From Ancylonema sp. (lineage: Eukaryota), in assembly GCA_050230475.1 (NCBI GenBank), contig JBFLGF010000078.1, positions 1 to 63,076 of the forward strand: a DNA stretch of 63,076 bases, in the 5' to 3' direction. The notes beneath the pieces were generated by a model, which ran no database searches, was not told the origin of the DNA, and was given only the letters and a program-made list of their open reading frames with translations. This document shows positions 53,121-63,076 of the stretch, one piece after another. Within the stretch, counting starts at the first letter, position 1; each line of letters begins with the position of its first letter. Both the position numbers and the translations under genes were made by a program.

Positions 53121-54826
53121 TGCGGAAGTTATGGCCACGGGGAAGTGCCTCGGAACTCGACACGTGGACGTGCACATACATTTCCAGCAACCAGCAACAT
53201 CCCGATATACGGAAAAACCAGAATGTTTTGGTTCTGCGTCACACTACAGCGGGGTCGCTTCGGGTTTCAGCGTTCAATGAGGCTTCGGGTTCAGTGTCAG
53301 GGGACGAGCAAAGAAAAAAATATACCACTCACTGAGTGAGTAAGAAACTCTCTCTTCCATCGCGCTTCTATACCGACTCACAGACTTGCCACCATGCCGG
53401 TCTTCATGTTTGTCTGCAAAGAAGACGGCGGAGCAGGTAATGTCAACAAATACTGGGTCTCATAATAGGCGTTGGCCCTGTGAGTAGTGAAGAAGGAATA
53501 CAATTTTCAGCGGGACGCGTTTTAAGGGATCGGAGGTTTGATTTGCACGTGTCCAATTTTCCTCGGAGGAGAGCTCGGACTTGAACGCAGTGGGGTCCTC
53601 ACCGCACGATTTGAGCCGGAAGCTTCAGTCCTCGTAAAATTCTTCTGACATCTCTTTGTGTCTTCCCCATGCCATGCATATGGCGTGATTATTTTGCTTG
53701 CATCGTGCTTGTATATCCATAGTACGCTTATGCATTGTTGCAAGTATACACAATTAAGGTTGTCGACTTCCAAGACAACGCAACACACATATCATCATAC
53801 ACAACATGCAACATTGTAGCAACCCAAAATGCGGGTCTTGCGGGAGGCTTCATTGCATTTCTTTGCATAAGATTTTATTCTTGGCGACACAATATTCGAA
53901 AATCTGCTTGTGCTTGGTGCTTGTGTTTTACACGTGTTGTTCTATTACGAGTTATATTATGATTTTTTTTTGAATCACATGACCTTACAGTGTGAAGCAT
54001 GTTGGTGTGCTAAGCAGTGATAACTTGATGGAATCGATTGTCATTTAGAAGTCATATTTACAGTATGATTCTCATCGCGTGATATCAATTTTAAAAACCA
54101 TGTGTGGAACTTGTGGTCCCCTTGCTCGATAGAGCGACCAAAAACTATGGTCATCAATTCATATATGTATGTGGTATGTGTCTCTATGTGTTATGTGTGG
54201 AATCGCATGGAACACAATCGACTCTCTATGCATCGATGGGCTCCGCAATTTGTCTATTTTTTACTACCATTCGGAGCTCATACACTAATTAGCAATTGCA
54301 ATCGCTAAAAATGAGTCCAATGAATACCTCGACTCATGAGTGTGGCTATATTTTCCGACTCATGTTGATGGCAAAAGCATGACCACCCAAACTGCACATG
54401 CAAAGAGTCAAAATGAATATATTTGATTCCCCTCTGCATATATCATCACGCACATCACTCCTAGTGAGAGCGCAAACACCCAAGTTAGTACTACTGGAAT
54501 GTGGACGAGGCTTTAAAAATGATAATGTGCCATCACTTTGTACAAGGCTCTACTTTACATCATATTTACTATGTAACACATTTGTCACCCTTGCAGCAAA
54601 ATGCATAGTAATACGAGTTTAGCTATTGTATTCATTAAAATGATTCGCTCCTAGTGTGACACACAACTAATGCTAAAGATCAGGTTGGCAGAGGTGGGGT
54701 AAACTAACACTGGATTCACTCCTCGTCGAAATGTGGCTACCGATATGTTCACACAACATTGATTGCCACATCCGTCCTCCCGAGCGAGGGTGATGAGCAT
54801 GCGAATGGCTCGATACGGGATTCCTG

Positions 54827-55816
54827 TTACAACAAAATTGTCGGTCCAGCTTCATGGGAGGCACCTCTGTCTCCATCTGCCATTCCCAGTGCGAGAGTGG
54901 GGCCTCCTTTGCACGCACGCGTGTGGCGATCCAACTCATGTCTACCCCCCGAACCCACGCGTCACCATCACATGGGATGCCTCAGAGTATCGATTCACAG
55001 CCCAAAGCAGACCTGTACATTCAAGAAGACCCCGACCAGCCTTGACTCGGACATGCGTGGAAACTTTCGGTGGCAGATTGGGCAGGCGAATCTGAAATTC
55101 TCCCGACAGTTGTGCGCCAAGCTGTACTTGCGGTGGTTGCTCTTCTTCCCCGCGTCCTGCGTCTCGAACCCGCAGGCCCCCCCCTCCAGCCGCGGCCGCT
55201 GGCACATGTACATCCGCGCCGTCTTGGTGTGCACCTTGGCTGCGTGCCGCTGCAAGTTGTCGCGGTTCTTGTACACTGCGCGCGTGGTGGTGGGGCATGG
55301 GCGGGTGGGGTGCTGGATGGTGGGGGTGCACGGGGGCACCTTTGTTGCAGCCAGGCGCAGAGCACGGGTGGGCAGTGCCAGCGTCCTCACTCGGCGGAAC
55401 ACACGCTCCTTGTGTCTCTGCAGTTTGCCCTCACGCGCTTCTGCGCCCTGACCCCGGCGCCCTGCCTCATCCTCAACTTCTCGCCGTACCAGAATGCGTC
55501 TACAATGTCACTCAAACCTTGGCCGCCAGGGTGGTTCCCGCCTCCATGAGAAGGGCTTCCATCCGTTTCAACACAAGGGCGGTCTGGGAGCGCACCTCGG
55601 CCATGCTGACAGAGAGTAAGGTCTGCGATTCAACATTCTGGACAGTCAAGATGAGCAGTCCGCAATGACATACAGCATGGTTACCTGCGGGTCCATGCAG
55701 ATGCATCCGCTCACAAGAACAAAGCCCCCCGACGGCACGTGCTGGCTCATCACACTGTCCACAATTGGGATGATATGAATTAGAGAAGTGCACTCGAAAA
55801 TAATGTCGTCCGTCAT
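54827..55816 (-). CDS. C2H2/C2HC zinc-finger protein (about three fingers)
   Basis: Splicing restores CSAPGCNK|VYKNRDNLQRHAAKVH and CPICHRKFPRI|HELDRHTRAC (both have 12 residues between the second Cys and the His), plus an atypical middle finger. The 5' end is uncertain. Confidence 0.65.
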
Positions 55817-56236
55817 CACGAACAGCGATTACCGAATTTGTCGACCTGCCTCGACTTGGTAAATTTGAGTACTGACCTTGCCTCCGCGAGGTAATCAGCC
55901 ATCAGAGCAAACGAAAAATTTCTCCTCTGCAAAGTGGGAAACAGAGAGCTCGTCAACGATTGAAAAATAACTCGGTCGTTGTGAGCTAAGCCGATCCGCT
56001 CAACATTTTGAAGTCGAAGCTGTCGGATAATAAGTCATCGAAGCATCTCCATCTGTAGAATGAACTGGGCATATTTTCGTCAAGCAACGCACGACAACCT
56101 ACCTTCGGTGCCAAGCTGCGTGCAAAAATATCGTGCCTGATACACACAGCTACAGACTACAGTTGCCCGAATATAATCTGCGCAGCGCAGCTACAGCAGT
56201 GCGGGGGAGGGCAAAGCAGGGGAACACTAGCATGGG

Positions 56237-56284
56237 GTCCAGTCTCCAGTCTGGACTGGACCCAGTCCGGACTGGAGACTGGAC
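56237..56284. repeat. 23-bp-arm inverted repeat (hairpin) built of CCAGTC/GACTGG units
   Basis: GTCCAGTCTCCAGTCTGGACTGG-AC-CCAGTCCGGACTGGAGACTGGAC, one mismatch. Confidence 0.9.
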
Positions 56285-56429
56285 AGTCCACTTCCAGTCT
56301 GGTGAAATGGAGTTAATTAGACTGGGGTTTTGGGATGGTAATCTGGGATTTTGAGATACCGTGGTGACTGGAAATCATCGCGCGTGAAATAATACAATTA
56401 TTTACCGTACTAATCCTTTATCAATCCTG

Positions 56430-56717
56430 CATCCCATGATTCTGTGTGTGAGGCGCTCTACCATGTCATCCGTGAGTCGAAACAGCACGCGCAGCGGGAG
56501 CGCACCGGTTTCCTCCCTTCATCGGCTCTTGGAGGGCGTGGCGGCCGTGTCGATATCGTGATTTCGGATGCTGCGGCGGGGCACACGTTGGTTGACGTTG
56601 TTGTTGCTGACCCTATACGCCGAGATCTAGTGGAGCGCGCCGCGAGACAGTGCCTCGTCGCGGCTACGGATGCGGAGCGGAGGAAGGAGACCCACTATAA
56701 GGATCGCGCAGCTGGGA
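56430..56717 (+). mobile_element. Non-LTR retrotransposon restriction-like endonuclease fragment (CRE/R2-type)
   Basis: HDSVCEAL..GGRVDIVI..GHTLVDVVVADP..AATDAERRKETHY matches the RLE R.D..D..AE..K..Y pattern. The similarity breaks at TGTCGT (56718). Confidence 0.75.
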
Positions 56718-59700
56718 TGTCGTACAGCATTCGATCGTGTGCCTATATAGTGAATATAGCGCGCTATAGACGAATGTCCCTATACACTAGTGCAATAGTG
56801 TAATAGGGTACGAACAGTAGCACAGATACAACGAGCATGAACCGGGTGACTAGTAACTAGTAAAGCAACGGTTAGCTAACTAGAACCTAGAGTGAATCTA
56901 GTCACGCCGAGGCTCCGCCAAAGACGCTGTGCGTTTCACCTGCCGCCCAGGAAAGATATCGGAAGCCATGAAACTGTCATACTAAGCATGGCGCTAGTAA
57001 ACAGTACGGAATCACTACAAGTTAGATCATGGCGGAATCCGGATAATCAATCTTATCAGTAGTCACGATAGAAACAAAGTACTTGCAATACTTTGTAACG
57101 TCGGATATGGTAAAGTAGGCGTGGCAGAGTATTACGAGGGTGATGTGATCTAGTCAAAGCAGACATAGCAATGCATGATCCTGAAACGGCAGTATTACTA
57201 TATACGACAATACATGTAGATACGGGGCCGGGAATGCATATGTGTAGATGTCGGTGCTAGACGTCCAGCGGAACAGCCAATGACAGTGTTTGTCGATTGA
57301 GCTGAGCTGAGGCATACAAACCTCAGGGAGTTTGCATTCGGACCTATTCGGTTTGAATCGCTTCGGGAAACTTATAAGCAATTGACCATAACCTTTTGTC
57401 TTATGCGATTCGGCTGACATGTGCATGATGTCTTGAATATATGTTGTGCATGTGAATTACCTGACTATTTTATTACGCATCGGACACGGCACGTCCAGAC
57501 TCAGAGCATCGTCTTGCCACGAGTAGATTGACCGAATTACGTTTAATTTTTTTTTAAATGAATTCGCTGGCTGCTCTGTACGAGGGAGATGGAGGACGTC
57601 AGCAGGAGATATTCATCCAGGACTTACAGGCGGGGTGGAAAATCGAGCAAAGCGCAGCTTCGACCCATCTGAGAAGAGGGACGTCCCAGTATGACTACCT
57701 AGAGAAATCTCGCAGCACTATCGTACAAGGACAGGCTAGGGTAGCCATGACCACTTACCTGACGAAATAGGACCACACGCTTCCATCCAACCCCAACCAA
57801 GCAAAGGAAATTCGGAGGGAGGTTGATCGGCAGATCTGGCGACAATACTACAAGGAGATCGCAGCGTATGACATGCGGCTGGTCCATCAACCAAACAGCA
57901 ACAAGGCTCCACCCAAACAGCCAGATGAGCTATCACCGGCCATCCCAGAACCCCCAGATCTGATAGACTTTATCGCATCGATCCAGATCTGCGTTTGCCA
58001 CGGTGTCAGCAGGGTTCTTTGATCATCTGAATGCATTCAGAGGTACCCCAACTGAAAACCTGATGCAGTTCATAGACAGATTTGATGAGGTTTCCCAGCC
58101 ATTGCTGGCAAACAATCATACCACGTCCCGCAACTTGGCCTTCATATTGAAGTGCCACATCCCTGGTCACCTTCGGAGGGCGGTATGCGCCCAGATGGAC
58201 AATCTGGATCGGAAACGGTACAAGGCAAGGAGCCCGGGGTCACCAAAGAGGAGCTGATCACGCTCATGCGGGAGGAAGAGGCATACCTTTGCAACCGGGA
58301 AACCGAGCAGCGAGCGGCGGGAGTGGAGCCAGAGGTTCAGACCGAATAGGCCAGAGGCCAGGGAGACAGACGCAACCCTGCCACCGCGTGTCTACCCAAA
58401 ATTCAGGAGCGATGGGAAGTTGCAAGAAGAAAGGAGGAACATCAAGGACAGGTTGGGGAATGCAAATGAACCGGTACAAGTGCCGAGGGCAGACCTCAGA
58501 ATCTGTGACAAGTGCAAGCAGGTTGGGCACATCCAGAGAATGTGCCCGAACAAGGCAGTTCCTTCAGCACCGACCTTGCCACCGCCACCGTTGGCGAGAG
58601 GCCTCTCCGAGCATCAAACAAAGGGCGCTGTTTGCAAGGGATGCAACAAGCCAGGTCACATGGAGGCCCAGTGTTGGTCTGCGCACCCGGAGCTACGGCC
58701 CAAGGACAATAGGACGAGGATTGGAGCGATGGTTGCGGCCAGGAAGCAGCACAAGACACACTCGCAACAGAGTCCAGGTTACATATACCAGGGTGGGGCG
58801 CACATGGCGAGAACCTACGTGAGAACAACACCGACACCCGTGGCATCACAAGGCCAGCGGAGATCGAGTAGAGAGTCAGTCCCCACACAGGATGCACTCG
58901 ACAACGTTTCACAAAGGCCAGCCAAGCGAGTACAATTCACGGTGGAAACCATGCCAGTGGCTACGGGAGAGCCAGACGCAGCAGAGGCGGCAGATCCCTT
59001 GACAACGCCGCCCACGTCATCAACGCCAGCAGTGCAGCAGAGTCAACCGGGAGAACCCACACCTGTGGAGGAGTCAGTGGTTGCTACACCATCCGCTGAC
59101 GTCAACAACACCCCGGGAGGAGTGCCCAAGAAGTACGCGTACAAGGAGAGGCTACCGCAGTCTTTTCCGCATGGACTTCCACCTTCCAGCTTGGAGCGTG
59201 GAGCCACAGACCTGCGCCATCCACCCACCAACCTTTTCCCAGAACCACCTCTGGGGGAAGAGGAGCGCGGAGAACAGGAGACCCCCTTGGAACAAGTGGG
59301 GAGACTCCAATCAGCACTTCGCAACATGCAGGAGCTGGTGGGAGAGGTAGCAGCAAGTGTTTGGAGGCGCGCCACTGATCAAGAGAGGGTGCCAACCAAC
59401 CACAGCAGCCATGTTTGAGGGGCTGGTCCCAGCAGTTCCAGAGGAGGACGCAGAGCCGGTGCACCTTACGCTTGCCTACCTGGAAACAGACAGCCGCATT
59501 CTGGACTTGAACGGCTTCGTGCCGAGGGAGAGCATCATCGACACAGGCGCATCCAAGGTGTTTGTGAGCCGCAAGTTTGCGACTGAAATGGGAATCACCA
59601 AGAAGCAGCTCAAGAGGGGCATGGAGTTCATGACCGCCAGCGGGAAGATCGAAAGACCGGTGGGTATCACAATCAACCCCGTGGAGTTCTACACCTGGCG

Positions 59701-62700
59701 AGAGGAACTGATCATCAGATGATTCTGCGGCTACACATCACAGTGGTGGATACCACCCACAGCCTACGACGTCCTACTCGGCATGGAGTTTGTGAAGGCG
59801 GCCAACGGGAACTATGACGCATATTTCGAGCGGTTCACGTACCGTTACCCGTGTGTCAACGGAGAGTTGCAGCCGTACTCCATTCCAGCGCCTTGCAGCC
59901 AGCACCCGGAAACCACCAGTCGTGGCTTACGCCTGCATGGAGGGACTCATTACCTGTGCAGAGGAGCTGCTGGATGTGGCAGACTCGGACGACTTGGGTG
60001 AGGAGGAGGTCGACTACCATCAGTCCCCGTGCCAGAGAGCGGCAGCCCAGCTCATGGCGCTGTCGGGAGCGATCGAGAAGGTGGAAACAAAGAGAGTCAG
60101 GTTGGCAACAAGGAGGCGCGACATGGGACGACGGGATAATGCCGTCGCCATCCTTGCCGCGGTGCACAAGACCACCATCACACCGTTCTAGCCAGCGATG
60201 AAGTGGGTAAACGAGATTCTACCTGAAGAGGCCACACCCATCGACACCACCATCCGAAAGTTAAGTGCACAATCCCTGACAGAGGGTGTGCATGCAGTGG
60301 AGTTCTTTGGTGGCATTGGACTGGGGGTAGTTCGGATGCTGTGTGCCGCGAACATCAAAATCAAATGCTACACCTACGTTGACATCGACCCCAAATCCAG
60401 ACAGATAGCAGCCTCAGTTCTGAAAGCACTTCAATTAGAGTATCCACACCTCCTCCCGGACTCTGCCATTCAATTCGACAGGAAATTACCGTAGGACATC
60501 AGCCAGGTGTCTGCGAGAGACTTGGATGACTTAATAAATGCCAATGGGCCAGTAGACTTCCTAGGGGGGTCATGGGAATGTCAAAGTGTGAGCAGGGCTG
60601 GAAAGCAGCAAGGAGAGAAGGACCCGCGCTTTCAGTACTTCAACGACCTGGTGCGCGTCATCAAATACCTGCAAAGACACTAGGAGAATCCACCTGTGTA
60701 CATGCTGGAAAACACCTACCCTGGAGAATCGCCACCTCGCTTGGTGCAGCTGGCGGGATGGCGCGTCGAGTCCTACATAGGAGTGCCGGCGTTGCTGGAT
60801 GCAGCCGACATGGGCAGCGCCTGCCATCGATTGCGCTTCTACTGGGTGAACTTCATGGAAGCAGCAACGTTGCAGATCGCCGCCCCCAAGGGAATGCTGC
60901 CTGCACCCGAGCTCAACACCCTCCTGCATCCTCACCACGTTCCCACACGACCAGGTCACACTGATCGACCCCCGTTTGCTCAACTCAACAAGCTGGGAGG
61001 ACCACGTCTGTGCATGCCAACAATTGTCTCCTTCCTTAACTCAAACGCATTTCGCTTCAAAGACAATGGAGATGCGGGGGAGGGGATGGTGTGGAACAAG
61101 CAGTCTGCCGTGTGGGAGGAGCTAGACGTTCTCGAAAAGGAGGTGCTGATGGGATACAGGAGGGGAGACACATTTACCCCTGGGGTGAAAGGCGAGGAGA
61201 TCGCCGTTCGACTGGGGAGAGCTCTGGATGGGAGTGTCATGCCATGGTTGGGTGCATTCGTGCATGCCTGCCAGGCATAGGATTCTTACCCCACCCAGAG
61301 CGAGGAAGCCCAGTTCAAATCTGGGGGGGGGGGCATTCACCCAGCATTCGCCGCGCTGGAGTACGTGGCAGGAGCAGATCAAATGGTGACTTCCGATCCA
61401 TCCCTGTTCCTGTCACCGGGGGACAAGAAGAAGAAAGCAGCTGCACAGGTCGTCACTGCGCTTTTGGCATCAGAACCCAGGGGAGCAACCTCACATACCT
61501 CTCGGGTTTCACCACCTGAGGGAGAGGGGGGGAGAAGGAAATATCCCCCTCAGAGAGACAAAACCCACAAGTTCAACCTCGGCACCAGTCTCCAGGAGGC
61601 GGACCAGATTCGAGTCCTCAACATGCTCGAGGACAACATATGGACCGCTTTGCGTTCTCACTAGAGGATATCAACCCAGAGGAGTTTACAGGAGAGCCCA
61701 TGGAGATCAACCTGAACTCGGAGGAGTCGGTGTTTCGGCCGCCACACAAGCTTGGGCAGGTGGAATGGGACTTTGTGGAGGCGCAGTGCCTCAAGCTGGA
61801 GAAGCTGGGATTCATCCAGAGGGCGAAACAATCCAAGTTACGCGTCAGCCACGGTGGTGGTCCGGAAGAAGGACGAGGAGGGGAATTACACTGACTTCCG
61901 TCAGTGCGGAGACTACAGACCACTCAATGTGGAGACTCCCTGGACCGCTACCCCTTACCTGGCATAGAGGACATTTTTAATCAGATGGGGGGGGCGACCA
62001 TCTTCTCGAAGCTGGACTTGCGGAGCGGGTACCACCAGATGCCAGTACGGAAGGAGGACAGGTGTAAGACAGCGTGGGGGGCCAATAGGATTCTCTGGGA
62101 GTGGCTGGTGGTGCCTTTTTTGGGCTGAAAAACGTGTCGCCCTACTTTCAGCGAAGGATGGACTACATTCTACGGGACCTGCCGTTCTGCCGCTGCTACA
62201 TAGACGACATCGTAATTTGGAGCAGAAATCCGGTGGAGCACATGGACCACATCGAGCAGGTTTTCAGGAGGTTGCGGGAGGCAGGCTTGAAAGTTCACCC
62301 CGGGAAATGCGTCTTCGGGGCGGATAGCATTGACTTCTTGGGGCATCGGATATCAGCGGGAAGGGAAAGCTGGAGCCGCAGACCGACAAGCTGTCGGCGG
62401 TAAGAGACTTACCAGCCCCCACTGATCTTTCGTTTCGGGGCTGAGGGCAGCGTTAGGCCTTTTCTCATATTACTGCAAGTTCGTGGAGCACTTCAGCTCC
62501 ATCGCCTTCCCGCTCAACTCGTTGCTGAAGAAGGACCGCAAGTGGGAGTGGGGAGAGACTCAAGAAAAGGCCTTCTTGGAGTTAAAAAAACAGCTCTGTA
62601 GTGCAGCAGTGCTAAGGCTACCTGACCCCTACCGGCCCTTCATCCTCACCACAGATTGGTCGCAGCGGGGAATGGGGGGGATTCTAAGTCAGGGAGGGGA

Positions 62701-62933
62701 AGGATGGGGTGGAACACCCTATCTGCTATGCATCTAGGAGTTGCAACCCGGCGGAGCAGAATTACTCCTCCTTTGAGGGGGAGTGCCTGGCAGTGGTCTG
62801 GGCAACTTCACATTTTCGCCCCTACCTGTTCGGCAACACTTTCACCCTGGTCACCGACCATGAGCCGCTCAAGTGGCCGATGACTACAACCAAGCTTACC
62901 AGGAAGCTGGCGAGGTGGTCCCTGCTCCTACAG
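56718..62933 (+). mobile_element. Decayed Ty3/gypsy LTR retrotransposon: gag - protease - DNA methyltransferase - RT - RNase H (truncated)
   Basis: gag FRGTPTENLMQFIDRF and two CCHC knuckles (CDKCKQVGHIQRMC, CKGCNKPGHMEAQC); protease IIDTGAS; RT CGDYRPLN..YPLP..FSKLDLRSGYHQ..YIDD; RNase H LTTDWS..YASR..AEQNYS..ECLAVVWA..TDH..LARWSLLLQ. The 5' LTR start is only putative and no integrase is seen. Confidence 0.92.
60198..61280 (+). pseudogene. Retrotransposon-encoded C5 DNA cytosine methyltransferase domain
   Basis: One reading frame with internal TAG stops. Motif I VEFFGGIG, II YVDID, III LP*DI, IV VDFLGGSWECQSVSRAG, V DPR..F, VI YMLENT, VII LDAA, VIII GSACHRLRFYWVN, IX EKEVLMGY, X LGRALD. Confidence 0.9.
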
Positions 62934-63076
62934 GTATTACGGCGCAAATGGGAATGAAGTGCCGTAGCAATTTAAATGCAAATTCACGATACACTTAAAG
63001 GGAAATGATAAATGTAAATGTAAAAGTATATGAGATTTAGGAAGCGAAGCAAATGAGCTTCGCAACTTACATAAGT

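Noticed and set aside
56985..57860. Candidate primer-binding sites (TGGCGCTAG ~56989, TGGCGGAATCC ~57030, TGGCGACAA ~57837)
   Set aside because: I cannot verify tRNA complementarity or the LTR end without the second LTR.
60189..61280. Non-standard genetic code (TAG=Gln)
   Set aside because: Conserved host genes in the window terminate at TAG and have no internal TAG codons.

Overview
Eukaryotic, intron-rich nuclear DNA. The gene set (LTO1, LTD, CRR1, plant-type coilin, an At1g04390-like BTB protein) points to a streptophyte, probably an alga (inference). Host genes, left to right: ARM/BTB-BTB protein, secreted GH26 glycoside hydrolase (plus a partial tandem copy), LTO1/VKOR, LTD, DUF985 cupin, FPP synthase, coilin, IMPACT, RPB11, ubiquitin E1, two tandem CRR1 + beta-hydroxyacid dehydrogenase units, and a zinc-finger gene. 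Transposon relics include gypsy RNase H, copia, pogo-like MITEs and an RLE-type LINE. The main finding is at the right end (~56.7-62.9 kb): a decayed Ty3/gypsy retrotransposon whose pol region carries a full-length C5 DNA cytosine methyltransferase domain between protease and reverse transcriptase. All family assignments come from motif recognition by eye; no searches were run. Several duplications abut N gaps and may be assembly artefacts.
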